From assembly GCA_965603825.1 (NCBI GenBank), contig CBFDEM010000018.1, positions 992,001-1,056,000 of the forward strand: DNA of 64,000 nucleotides, read 5' to 3'. Below, one piece after another: positions 46,387-59,339 of this stretch. This DNA is from Blepharisma stoltei ATCC 30299. Lineage: Eukaryota > Protista > Ciliophora. Both the position numbers and the translations under genes were made by a program. Below the pieces are notes generated by a model. It worked only from the letters and a program-made list of their open reading frames with translations. It was not told where the DNA came from and did not search any database. Each line of letters begins with the position of its first letter. Position 1 is the stretch's first letter.

Positions 46387-48858
46387 ATGGCTTGGTTACA
46401 CCCACCTGCAATCGGATGCAGATTTTCTTTTTTACATTTACCATGTAGTCGATGTGGCCACACTGTGTGTTTATATGAAGATTCATTGGTGCTATTTGGA
46501 GGATTTGACGGAAGAAAATGATTAAATGACGTTCATCTATTCAATACGAGCAGCATGGTCTGAACTCAACCAAGGGTTTTAGGGTCAGCGCCACAACCTC
46601 GGCAATATCACACAGCTCAAATCATAGGGCACAAAATGTATATATTTGGAGGTTACAATGGCTCAGTCTGACTCCGAGATTTGATTATCCTTGATTTCCA
46701 CGAAATGCAATGAAAATACCCAAAAGTTAAAGGTGACTTACCTAATGGAAAAGAAGGCCATGCAATGGCTTCTGTCGACAAATATATATATCTATTTGGA
46801 GGATGGGACGGTTCAGCTATCGGTGACTTGCATAGACTTGACACAACAACATTGGAATGGAAGCTTATAGAAACTGCTGGAAGCAAGCCTTTTCTTTGTG
46901 GCCATACTATGACCAATGTAAAAGGACAGTTATTTATATTTGGGGGATTCGACGGCAATAACTGGGTTAACACCCTATATGTGATTGATCCAAGTTCCTC
47001 AAAGCCAGAATGGGTAACTCCTGAAGTGTCAGGGTCGCCAGTTACAAGAGGCTACCATTGTGCAACTCTCGTTAATCGCTATATTTTAATATACGCTGGA
47101 TACAACGGAAGCTATATCTTAGGCGATCTTGTCGCTTTAGACACTGAGTACTTCACATGAACAGTCCCCGCCTCATGTTTTGGCCATTTTCCTACAGCTA
47201 GGCACGCATTTACAATGACGTTATCAGGCTCCGAATTATACATTTTTGGAGGCTATAACGGCGCTAGAGACACCAATGAGCTCCACGTCCTAGAAACAGC
47301 CGCTTTTTCTTCTCTGCATGACGATATGTGGATTGCTTTCGAAATGAACTCCTGGCAGGACGTAAAGCTGTTCTCTACAAATGGAAACATCATGGTCCAT
47401 TCAGTCATTATTAGGGCCAGGTGTCCTTATTTGTATAAATATATTTTGAGCGCATACCCTGATTTTGAAGGTCTGGTAAAGCAAAATCCGGTTTGGGTTG
47501 ATATGGGGTCGATATCAGAAAAAAGTTTGACAAAGTTCTGTGAGTATTTGTATTGCGACTTGTGTGCAGATCAGATAACCCCAGATATAAGGGACGATTT
47601 GTTGCTGCTGGCGTCGAAATATGATTTAGCGAGACTGAGGAAGCTGTGTATAAAGACTATGCATTGAAATGAGCAGACTATACCAGATTCAGCATTAGCT
47701 GTTGATATGATGAAATGCAAAGAGTTTGAAGATTTAAGCGACTTAACAGTTGTTGTAGAGGGCACTCAATTCAAAGTCCACAAAGTGATCATGGCTGCAA
47801 GATGTCCTTATTTCCGAGCTATGCTCAACTCTGGCATGAAAGAGACAAGCTCCCAAGAAGTCTCGTTCCCTGACCTCTCATCTAAAGCTTTTGAGCTCAT
47901 AATAGACTGAATCTACTCTGACAAATTTTCTCCACTTTTCTCAGAGCAGCCTATCTCTACTGAGCTTGGCATAAATTTACTATTCGCTGCCAATATCCTC
48001 GACTTACAAAGTTTAATGAGGATGACTGAAATTGTACTAGAGCGCTCTATTAATATAGAAAATGTCATCGAGCTCTATGAAGTCGCATTTGCCTTAAGCG
48101 CCGTCAAGCTAAAATGCTACTGTGTAAACTTAATCCTCAGAGAATTCGACAGAGTGTCCTTAAAAAGAGAATTTGCGACTATGAATGAAGCTGCGTTCAA
48201 CGAAGTCAGCCAATTTTTGCCAAGAAGAATTAAGCGGCAAACAAGCTACGCAGTAGCTTCAGATTTAAGCATGATAAGGTGGGAAAAAGAAGAAGAAAAA
48301 TTCGAGGAAGAAGAAAAAGAAGAGCCAGTCATGGTCTCTGGGCATCTTTTCCAAAATTTAAGAATCCCTGTCAAAGAATTCGTAGTCCGCCCTCAAAATC
48401 CTTCATCCCCTGCCAACGAGCTGCCCTCAACTAACGTTTATAACGCAATTATCCCTTCTGACAATTTCAGAGTGCCATTCAGAGGTCGGATAATCAAAGA
48501 GCCTGAACATTTTTCTTTAAATATCATGGGCACTCGTGCAGGGGGGTTACAAAGCTCAGAAAAACTCAGCCCAAAATTCACGCAAAAATCATTGTCCCCA
48601 CAAAGTGTTAGAAAAAGCGCAAAATCCAGCTCCACAAAGCACAGCACAATGCACAGATTTGCGAATGAAAGCTCAGTAATAAAGCCTGAACTAATGATTA
48701 AAGGGTTTTCTACGAATAAAAACTCATTTATCAGGAGGCCAGCATCGTTTGTTGAGGACTCTAATGAAGGAAAAGAAAAGATTCCGAACGTCGGACTGCA
48801 GATCTGTAGCAGCACTAGGACACTTGGGTCAACTGATGAGACTAAATATTGTTATTAA
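46387..48858 (+). CDS. Kelch-repeat plus tandem BTB protein (LZTR1-like architecture)
   Basis: Kelch FGG/YAG repeats with TGA at the conserved W; VHSVIIRARCP; VHKVIMAARCPYF...GMKE. Confidence 0.88.
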
Positions 48859-48878
48859 GTATTGTTATTAATTATTTA

Positions 48879-51800
48879 ATGGAATTAAGGATGAAGCGGG
48901 AGAGATCGCCGTCACATAATAATAAAGAAACCCTTAAAGCTGCAAAAAATCCAAAACTTATAATTCAGCCACGGGCGCCGGCAGTTGAGCAGACTACAAA
49001 TATTCTTAGAAGAGATCTCTGATCAGAAGTCATCAAGTTTCTTGACTTTCATACGTATTTTACTATAATTCCGCTTGTTAATACTTTTTTTTATCAATTA
49101 AGTAAAGACAGTGTTGTTACACTTGAGCATTTGGAAATTGAAATTGAGCTGAGAAAAGCAAGGGTGAAGAAAAAGCATGACTGCAAAAAGGAAAACAAAT
49201 ATTTAAAACCTTATGTCAATTTATTGCAAAAAGCTAGAAACCTGGACAAGCTGAGGCTTTATATAAGAAATTCTGATTATCGGCCATCGATTAGATGTGC
49301 GAACCAATATAACAGTATTTTATCAGGAATTTTCCCCAAAATGCCTTGAACGCAAAATCTGAAAGTTCTAGATTTTTCTATGAAAAATTACAATAATGTT
49401 TTATTTAAAGAAGTCCTTAATTATTTATCATCTCTAGAAGTGCTCAAATTGACCTTTTCTGCCCCTTTTCCTACAGCATTGTCATATATTTTTTGCCGAT
49501 TTGTGGATCCAGAAGGCTTAAAGCTTAAAGCGCAAGCCAGCAATATCATTTTTTGGAACCGTTACAATGAAAAAATATGTCATCCTAATAGTGTCCCTTT
49601 TACTCCTCTAAAAGAGCTGACTTTAAAATATTATTTTTCTTATAGTGCCAGCATAGCGGAAAACAATATTTTTGAAGCTTTAGACAAAAATCTATCATTG
49701 ACAAAATTTACCTTGATTTTTCCATCAACAGTAAATATTGATAATTCTTTGCAGCCCAAGTTTGCTTATAACCAGACAATGCGGAAATTAAGGCTTTCTA
49801 ATGCTTTTCAGTTTTCATATGAGTCAGCCAAAGATTTTTCATTTTATTTATTAGGGAATAAAGCACTAAAATCGCTATCTATAAGCAAATCAGTCCTCAA
49901 AGCAAAAGATGAATTTTTCACAGCTGTAAGGAACAATAAAATATTAAAAAAGCTAGGGCTTGAGCCATATGAAGAAACGTCAGACTCAAGCTTAGATATA
50001 AACACTTTTGTAGAACTGATGGACGCAGTTGGAGATTCCACTTTGACTTCATTTAAAGCGTCGACCTCTGCGTTCATTCGAAGAAACCTAAATTTTGTAT
50101 TCCACTTTTCGGTAGAGACTGTGCCTGACCATGTACTGTATAAGCACTCAAAATATTTTATAGAAGGCGTCCAAAGAATGCTAACTAATAATTTGGGACT
50201 GAGAAAAGTGTGACTTAGTGTAGACGCAATGCCAAGAGAAAGGCTTGATGAGTTTGCAGATGTAGTTTTAAGAATTTTAAGCTCAGAGCAAAGCAAGTTG
50301 GAATATTTCAACGGATTTCCGTTGAAAGGGCTGATGAATGATACTATAAATACCTTGCACATAAATCATAGATATAGATTTTTGCAAAGCACCAATAAAG
50401 AACTAATTTATGATGGAGATAGTATGATCCTCACAATAATGCTCTGCAAAATAATACCTTTTTGCCGTAATTTAAGATATATAGATACAGGAACAAAACT
50501 CCAGAGAAAAGATAATATTTTTAATCAGATAAATCCTGGGATTATAGATATCGAACAGATAAAACAGACAGCAAATGAAGAGCATGAGTTTGGGTTTGAA
50601 ATTTATTATAAAGATGTCCCCGCTATTATTGGGCTAATTTTACTCCTGACACTAAAAGGGAATAATATGATTAAGAATCTGAATTTGAGCCACACTGACT
50701 GCAGCTGCTTATATTTAGTTATTGGAGAAATTTTAAGTGATATGCCAAACCTTGTAACGGTCATTATTGAAGGGATGGCTCATATGATTCATCCGATTTC
50801 ACATAAGCTTATGATTGATATTCTCAGCAATTCTCCATCCCTACATGAGCTCGTAATTAATGGGATTACTTTTAATTTACAAGAAAATGACCAAATTTTT
50901 ACATCACTAATAAAGCATCCTTCGCTGATGAAGCTCGAGATTTCAAGGCTTAATGTTTCTTCGACAGTCTCGGCGTTTTCTAATGAAGCTTCTATAGGAG
51001 ATTTATTAAAAAAAACTAATTTGCAGATACTAAACCTTTCCTCAAGCAGTTTTACTCCATTAAGTCTTGAACTACTGGCAAATGGCTTAAAATCTAATAT
51101 GGCATTAAAAGAATTGATATTGGCTGATATTAATTTAGCTATCCCAAATGAAGGACTTGCAAGCCAAACTAATGGCGGCGATTTCAACTTTTGGAGAAAT
51201 AAAATTGACTGTTTATTAGCCCTATCTGATGCATTGAAAAATAACCCATACATTGAAATTGTGGATATTAGATTTAATGATATACCAAGCTCACAACTCT
51301 CAGTACCAAATGAAATAAATCAGCTTTTCCTTGACAACTTAAAACGACTTTTAGACACAAATTCAAGGCTGAGGGTTTTGAATTTTATTTTCCCAATTCC
51401 TCCGAATTTCTTAATGAAATACAGTGAATTACTATTAAATTATCTTCAGTCAAGCCCAAACTTGGAAGTTCTTAATAATTATAACATCAAATCAATGGTG
51501 TCGAATGAATTTACTGTCTTAACAATTAAGCACTATCATTCAAACCGAGATGATTTCGACTCATTCATGGCTCCCAAGCTATCTAGAGTAAGAGAAGCTA
51601 TATATTGCCACTATGCTCATTTCGGGACAATAGCTACCATTATGCCAATCATTCTCTCACAAATATATAAAGAAAATTCCAATAAAATAACCAGAGTTAA
51701 GTTTCTGTCAAAAGAAGTGCAAACTAATGTACTTTTGAATAAGAAAAAAGGAGAATCAAATTTGGACCTGGGATTTTTATTAAAAGAAACGCAGCCACCA

Positions 51801-52898
51801 GATGTTACGTTTATATTGAACTGCTTGTCAACACACAAGTTTACGCAGCATCTTGATTTCACAGGCTGTGTGCTGTGCGATATTGATTTTGAAGTCCTTG
51901 GAAAAAATCTTCCATGCATGGAGTCTCTTAGGTCTATATCAATCCGTGATATAAAACCAGCCCGGAATCCATACCTCAGCCATATTTTATCAAACACCAG
52001 CTTAACCTCTCTTGAAATTTCTAAAGTGAATTTTGAAAATTTTGATATAAAAGACCTGCCTATGAATTTAAGTTCTCATCCGTCCTTAGAAGTCTTAAAA
52101 GTGACCAATTGTGATTTACTCACTAAAAGCGCTATGATTAAAAAATGTGAAGACTCTAGCTTTAAAGCTGTCCTTTCTGGCTTTAAAAATAGCAAAATCA
52201 TCCATCTAGATTTAAGTGGGAATGAAATTAGTGATAATGAATTAAAAAAAATCCTAAAAGCCGTAAAAATGCATCAGTTTATCAGCAGGCTTGTAATCCA
52301 GCAGCACGAAATAAGAGGAAAAGATGGAATTGTTGAGCTGGCCTCGATGCTATGTGATCCTGCACATCCTTTAAAAGAACTATCACTTTCTTCATACACA
52401 TGGTCTGTATCTGATATCCAAAACGCTAAAGGGAAGCTTGATTTATCATATAAGCTTCTTTCTGCTACAGACTTAATCATTCTTTCTACAATGTTAATCT
52501 GCTTGCAGCTTAAAAAAGTCCACGGGCTGGATTTATCCCACAACCCTTCATTATTTTCTGAGCCACATGGAGTTTCAGCACTACTAGATCTTATCAAGCA
52601 TTCTCCAATAAGCTCAATAAGCCTCCAAGAGTGCTGTTTAAATGAGCAAGAAGATAGAATTCTTCATGAAATCTTTGTAGCAGCCTGCAGCTCTTTAGAA
52701 ACCTTATCCCTTGGCTCTCCTTTTACTGAGCAGCAATTAAACTCAATTTTATCAGCCCTGAAATCTAGTCCAAAACGCCTCAAAAAAGTCAATTTTTCGC
52801 CTTGCCGTGATTCTAAATTTAAAGCTCTTTTAACAGAATATATAGAGCAGTCTGGCTCAAATTGGATTTTGAAAGGCTATAATTTATGACTAAAATAA
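48879..52898 (+). CDS. Large RNI-like LRR protein with N-terminal F-box-like motif
   Basis: DL-W-SEVIKFL; LxxLxL repeats; ORFs joined by TGA 49347 and 50211; the last TGA (52887) read as Trp gives TAA at 52896-52898. Confidence 0.8.
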
Positions 52899-52912
52899 AA
52901 TTTTAAATGTAG

Positions 52913-54019
52913 TTATGAAAACTCTTCTTTTATGTCACCTTTAAAGGTGTCTGCTTTTATTATGACTTTTAGTATATCTTCAAGAGTAATGATTCCGAGG
53001 ATTTTGGATTCTCCGAATTTTGAGGTGGCTTCTGAGACAAATGCCATGTGAGTTCTGCCTTGTTGAAAGATATCTAAAACTTCAAGAACTGTATTTGCTC
53101 TCCTAACAAATATTGGGTCTCTCAGCTTGATCCCTGAATTTTCGATAGTTGTGTTTTCATCAATCCCCACAAGTCTTTTTACAAGCAAAATCCCAATGAT
53201 ATTATTTCTATCCTCCCCTCTATATACAGGCACTCTACTGAATCCTCTTGACATTATGGTCTTCAGCATTTGTTTAGTTAGTAATGTATCTGAGCTTAAA
53301 CAATACACATTTTCCATTGGTATTATATGATTTTCAAGTGTTTCCTGCTGTATATCCATTGCACTCAATATAATTTGAACTTGCTCAGGGTCAAATGTAT
53401 CATCTTCTGTTATATTTGTAGATGATCTTGACCCTTTAAAAGTGACTAAAGCTTTTATATCAGATTTCTTCATTTGTTTATGATTATCAGTTCCTATGAC
53501 TCTGTCAAGGAATTTTCCCAAAACCCAGCTGATGGGGTAAAAAATTAACATCACGATTTTCACAAGTGGAACTAAGTTACTAGCTATAGAAAGCTGATCA
53601 GGTCCTGTGCAAAATGCTTGAGGTAAAACTTCACCAAAAATAAGCACAAAGGTTACACTTATTAAAACAGCCAAGACGCTACCAACCATCTCGTCTAGAA
53701 CTATAGGCAGAGCTTCCATAGCCACTGAGTTCGCTATTAGTAATGTGACGAGGAGGAAATGGTGCTTGGATATAATTGGAAGAACTTTACGAGCCTGATG
53801 CATTTCTTTAGAAGTGCCACTGACAAGCTTAAGTTCGAGATCTAAAGGGTCAATTGACATGAGGCCAACTGTGAGGCCAGACATTGCGCCTGCAAAAAAT
53901 ACCAAAAAGAGAGCGGCTAGTGAGTAAAAGATATAGTCTTCTCAAGGCAAAGAGTGGACGAACTCTGTGTTTGCGGACACTAAGCAAGGTAAAACTGTTA
54001 GGAATAGTTTTAATTGCAT
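52913..54019 (-). CDS. CNNM/DUF21-CBS metal transporter (Mam3-like)
   Basis: AGAMSGLTVGLMS, LLVTLL..N...MEALP, FGEVLPQA, GFSRVPVY, GIITLED; signal peptide from ATG 54019. Confidence 0.92.
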
Positions 54020-54636
54020 TATTTTTATTTTTCCTCCAGATTTTTAATGAAGGATTCAAATAATAGCAAATGGAATTTTAATTATATTCTTAAGATAAAT
54101 ATTGATATAATTTTTGTGTATTAATTATAAATCATATAAAACGAAGGTAAATAAAGGAATCATTCTTAAAAATATGATTAATGTTAGAACATTTCTGCAA
54201 TTAAATAAGCAACTAGTGAATTGTTGTAAGAAAGTTAATTTCGTTTCAAGAAAAAATCTGATAAATAATTATTCATAAAATTCCTAAAAATTTTTATAAT
54301 TTTAATGATTTGAATACACCTATAGCAATGCTACTATTAGCTTTTTATGTTAACTTTGAAATAATTAGTCTTTGAAATTACTACAAATAGTCACCAAATC
54401 CATTTTCCCTTATTTATACGCACATCTTAAAATCACATCGGTAAATTTAATAATCTCTTTATTAAATTCCTCCAAAATAACCACCAAAATTCTTTTAATT
54501 ATTTCTGACAAATTTAAATCCTCCAAAAGGAACCATATAAATTAACTTCCATTCTTATTTTCTCTATCTCCCTATCTCTAGAAGATTTAAAAATCTTCTT
54601 AAAAAGAGTCAGCTTTCAGTTTAAACTTTATAATAA

Positions 54637-55579
54637 ATGAACATTTTAGTGGAAGAAATAGATAAGCCTTGCGAAACTATAAACACAAAGACATCAGAAT
54701 TTTCGCCTACTGACAAACCTCAAATCCGACTCTACCAAATATGACCAGGAAAGAACAGATTTTTCTTCAATGGATTCATAATGATAGGGCCTTCCTCAGA
54801 CACGTATATTTGTACTTTTACCTGGACCTTTGTGATCCTTCTAGAACTTTCATTCCAATTATTCATTTCTCCTTATTTATGACTCGAGGTAACTCCTGCT
54901 CTTCCTATCCTTTCTGGACATCTGTTTGTGTGTTCCATCATCTTTATGCTTCTTACAGCACTCACAGACCCTGGAATCATCCCTAGAAAGCACATTTTTG
55001 AGCTGACTGGGACAATCCCTGAAATATTCAGTACCGAAGGTCCTGAAAAGCGAAGGTTTTGCAAAACCTGCCAAATTTATAGACCGGAGAGATGCAGTCA
55101 TTGTAAGGTATGTGATAATTGTATCGAAGTTTTTGATCATCACTGCCCTTTTGTCAGTGCCTGCATAGGGAAAAATAACTATCGATATTTTATTTGTATG
55201 GTTGTTTTCCTTACTTTGCTGGGCGGTGTTGACATTTCAGGATTAATCCTTTTTTTCTGTAGAGATTTTCAAAATTCTCATAACGGAAGAGACTGTAATA
55301 TTTTATTTAGTAATTGAAGATGAATCAATATTGCTATCGCTAGCTCTTGTTATAACGGTACCGATTATATTACTTACTCTACTTGTAATGCTATTATGCA
55401 TTTTCCATGTAAGGATCTGTATGAGCGGAGAAACAACTAAAGAAAATTTATTAAAGCGGGAGAGAGGGGAAAGTGATAATAGAAGCGTAATTTGTGCCAC
55501 ACCTAATGCGTGGTTTAATGGAAGAATGATAATTGATGCAGACAAAACCGGAGCTTGTAAGACTGAAAGCCTTGTTTAA
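54637..55579 (+). CDS. DHHC palmitoyltransferase (Erf2/ZDHHC9-14-18-like); 16-nt intron 55295-55310
   Basis: Q-I-W-PGKNRF, DPGIIPR, FDHHCPFV, TTKE; the intron restores frame. Confidence 0.92.
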
Positions 55580-55806
55580 GTTTAAATGAGCTTGTGAAAA
55601 TACAAAATAATTTTAATTATATATAGAGTTTTTAGATAGAGTTTATTATAATTTATTCATATAGTTAAAATTAAGTCTATAATAGCCATTTTTATAAAAT
55701 AATGCCAAATATAAGATATCTTTGATTTCTCCTTTAATATTGTTCGGCAATTTCTCAATTTCCATTTCTTTTGAGCTCATTTCACACCGCATATTAAAAT
55801 TATAAA

Positions 55807-56367
55807 ATGGCACAAAAAGAGCCTTGTCCAGATCGATTCTTTGACGATTTAGGTGGAGCTTTTGCAATGGGTGGGGTCGGCGGGGCTTTATTTTACTTTC
55901 TGAAAGGCTTCGTAAACTCTCCTTCAAGAGAGCGCTTCAAAGGTGCAATTACAGCAGTAAAACTTAGAGCGCCTGTATTAGGAGGTAGCTTTGCTGCATG
56001 GGGCGGAATATTTTCAACATGTGACTGCTTTTTGCTTTGGTACCGCCAACAAGATTCTCCATTTAATGCCATTGTATCAGGACTTGTCACAGGTGGGGCT
56101 TTGGCACTTCGTTCAGGATTCCAGATAGCATGGAGAAATGCAGTTGCTGGAGGCTTAATCTTAGCAATTATTGAAGGAGTAAACACTGGTTACACTTCAT
56201 TAATGATTAGACAACAAATGCTCATGATTAACGAAATGACCAAATTGCAAGAAGAAAAAAGAAAAAGAATAATGCAAGGCCTACCTGATTTTACACCTGA
56301 AGAAATAAATGAAAGATACGAGGCTAGCCAAAAGAAAGCATCATTTTTCGGGAGGGCTCTCAAATAA
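55807..56367 (+). CDS. TIM17: Mitochondrial inner-membrane translocase Tim17
   Basis: EPCPDR..DDLGGAFAMG, RAPVLGGSFAAWGG.FS..DC. Confidence 0.95.
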   Translation: MAQKEPCPDRFFDDLGGAFAMGGVGGALFYFLKGFVNSPSRERFKGAITAVKLRAPVLGGSFAAWGGIFSTCDCFLLWYRQQDSPFNAIVSGLVTGGALALRSGFQIAWRNAVAGGLILAIIEGVNTGYTSLMIRQQMLMINEMTKLQEEKRKRIMQGLPDFTPEEINERYEASQKKASFFGRALK

Positions 56368-56384
56368 AGTGTTTTATAATTAAC

Positions 56385-57401
56385 TTATTGTTTACAATCA
56401 AAGACTTCAATATCAATTGCTTTGCGTTTTTCTTTCCCATTTTCGATGTATTTTTTGATGTGAAATCTGAATGAGAGCGGCTGCTTGTTGATAATACTTT
56501 CTTTGAATTTCTTATGATTGATTCCAGATAGTAGTAAATCATCTTCACATAAAAATATGTCTGCTTGATCTGTATCAAGAGTAATAAACCCAAATCTCTT
56601 TTTTAATTGATAAAATTTTAATTTTCCTGTGAATTTTCCTTGTGTCACTTCCTCTTCATTAAATTGTCCTCTTTTTTCTCTCTTTACTAATCCAACCTTT
56701 TGAGGAGGACTTTTCAGAATTATAGGAGCTTGCTCAATTTCTATGCTTTTCACTGGTGTTTTCTCAGTCTTTTTAATTATAGATACAGGAGTAGGTGTGA
56801 AATCAGAGTCGCTCGAAAGGTCAGCCCAGCTGAATTTCTTTTTTTCCTCTTCAGGTTTTGCGATTTTTTTTATATTATAAGTAGCTGTCATATTATTCAC
56901 TTTGGTCGTATTTTTTACTTCCTGAATCTTATCCTTGCTCATAAGCTTGACTACGTTTTCAAAGCCTGGGGGTGGAGGAGTCAGCTGCAAAGGCATTGGA
57001 TCTATAAGCTTCTGTGATTTTAGCTTTTTCATCTCCTCATGAAACTTGACGGGGTCACTCGGCACTCCAGAGCAGCTCTTAGAAATCCACTGATCCAAGC
57101 GTTTACGATTGATTTCCCAGCTGAGTAGGCTTTCAGGCTCTTCCTCTGACTCTTCATCAATTTGATCAATATCGCCTAGAATTTTTAATTCAGGGATAGG
57201 AATAGCTGAATTGAAAAAAACATTTTTAGGCTGTTTTTGAGAGCTGTGGTCAATTGGGATATTCTCCACTACAAACAGAGATGGAGATGCTCCAGGAGAA
57301 ATCTTGGCATTTGTGAAATCGAAAATTGGCCTTTCATGGGTGCTGAATTTCTTTGGGGCAGAGAAGCTGTGCTGTGGGTCGATTCTTGTCATAGAGCTCA
57401 T
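56385..57401 (-). CDS. Protein with C-terminal cold-shock (OB) RNA-binding domain
   Basis: TGKLKFY..KKRFGFI...DIF; PPPGF and SWAD motifs; start uncertain (57401 or 57449). Confidence 0.75.
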   Translation of the reverse strand: MSSMTRIDPQHSFSAPKKFSTHERPIFDFTNAKISPGASPSLFVVENIPIDHSSQKQPKNVFFNSAIPIPELKILGDIDQIDEESEEEPESLLSWEINRKRLDQWISKSCSGVPSDPVKFHEEMKKLKSQKLIDPMPLQLTPPPPGFENVVKLMSKDKIQEVKNTTKVNNMTATYNIKKIAKPEEEKKKFSWADLSSDSDFTPTPVSIIKKTEKTPVKSIEIEQAPIILKSPPQKVGLVKREKRGQFNEEEVTQGKFTGKLKFYQLKKRFGFITLDTDQADIFLCEDDLLLSGINHKKFKESIINKQPLSFRFHIKKYIENGKEKRKAIDIEVFDCKQ

Positions 57402-57789
57402 GATTTGACAGATATTAAAAATATTAATAAATCGGAAAAGGTATGGCAAATTTATGCTAGAGAAATTAAAGTATTAGAGAAGTAAACATTTGAGTTTGCA
57501 TGGCATTCTGAGTGGGAAATGATAAAATATAGCATGATGGGCTAAATTGGTGTCATTAAGTAAGCCACTAATATAAAATAGGATTATGGTAAAATCAGAA
57601 GAGAAAAGATATCTGGAATTTTTAATAATAAAATGATTCATTACTCCTGCATGAAGCAAAATGGAAAATTTTGTTTCTAGAATATTTGCTATTTAGTTTA
57701 GATTTTTATTTAATTACATTGAGCTCAATTATTATTTTCACATTTCATCATAAACCTTCTGTTCCACTTCAAAAAAATTTTAATAAAAT

Positions 57790-59121
57790 ATGCGGGCATT
57801 TGCAGTATCCCTTTTCTTTCTTTCTGCGTCAAGCTATTTTATCCCTGAAACCATTACAGAAGAAGAGAAAACTGAAGTTTATAACCAACTCAGCCAAAAT
57901 CTTATAGGTGTAAAGATTCACTACTTTCCTGAAGAAAAGCGCTATGGAATGGTGGCAACAAAAGACATCAAAAGATCTGATGCAATTGCAGGAATTCCTT
58001 TAGATTTCAGCCTCACCTCATTTGATCAATATCCTTGGTCTAGCTATCTATCTTCTCTTGGCGACCCTACAGTTCTAATAGGCCGACTTATTTATGAAAA
58101 ATTTGTAAACCCTACTAAAAGCTGGTCAAATATTTATTATCATACCTATCCATCTGAAGTAGAAAATATTTATAATTGGACTACATCAGAGTATGATTAT
58201 TTCATAAATATTTTCAAAGAAAAAACGTTGATTGAATTTCCATTGAATTTTGAAAAAGGATATCAAAATTTCATTGCAGTTTTAGAAAAAATTAGATCAC
58301 TTAAAGAAGACTGCAAAGATTGCTTTAAACGTGAAGTTTGGACGTGGGCGTATTCAATAATGATTTCTCAAAGCTTAGAAATAACAAAAAAACTATGAAA
58401 GGACACAAAGGGATACCCTTATAAATCTGGAGATGAAAATATAAAAGGATTATGCATTCTACCATTAGCAGATATAGTAAAGCATGAGCCGCTGCCAAAC
58501 AAATATAAAAATCAGATAGGAGGGCAGGCTGGGATCGGGTTTCAAAGTAACCCGCCAGCTGGAATTTTGTTTGCAGATCGAGATATTAAATATAAAACTG
58601 AAGTAACTTGGAATAGAGCCCCTAAACGAAACTTCGAAATGCTTTTAGGCCACGGAATTGTTCACGATCGAAATAATAACGATTTTGTAGTTGCGCAAAT
58701 CGCAAGAATAAATGAATGTCCTCCAAGATCACAAGGGTATGGCACTACATGTGGATTTAGAGCTATTATAAACCAATTTAACTATGATTTATTTAATTAT
58801 GCATTCACAGTTATTGGTGAAGCTCCATCCCAATTTATCAGTAGCATCGATGAATATTTTAACGGTTTGGAAAATAAAAGAGATAAAAAAGCATTTTATG
58901 CGGCCCTTATGAAATATAGAGACTCAGTGGCAAGGACAATAGATGAATGCGTTATTTCATATAGAACTATTAAGAGGAAGCTAGAAAAAAAAGAACATGA
59001 AAATGAGAGGTATAAAAAGATCGACAAAATGTGCCTTGGCCATCATGAAACAATTTTTAGTCACAAGAAGCTGACTGAAAAAGCTGCACTTAAATCCTTA
59101 TTATTTGAGTTAAGCCTATAG
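57790..59121 (+). CDS. Signal-peptide-bearing SET-domain (Rubisco-LSMT/SETD3-like) protein
   Basis: YGMVATKDI, WTWAYS, LPLADIVKH, LFADRDI, NFEMLL.HG; joined by TGA 58396. Confidence 0.75.
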
Positions 59122-59339
59122 CTAATCTTTTATGAAAACCGCTTAGATAAAACTGAAAATTTAATTTCTTCTTATCAAAATTTAAAAAAATTCATTTTTC
59201 TTAATTATTCAACCCCACCAGGAGTAAAAAATAATTTTCTCCTGTTTTAAAATTACTTATCATTGCTATGAAATATCTTATTACTTTGAATATTTATTAA
59301 ATAAAATTTTCAGGTTAAATAGATCCATTATAATTATAT

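Noticed and set aside
46417-46440. Apparent insertion in the first Kelch repeat as a hidden intron
   Set aside because: No GT...AG of 15-16 nt; the frame is open without splicing
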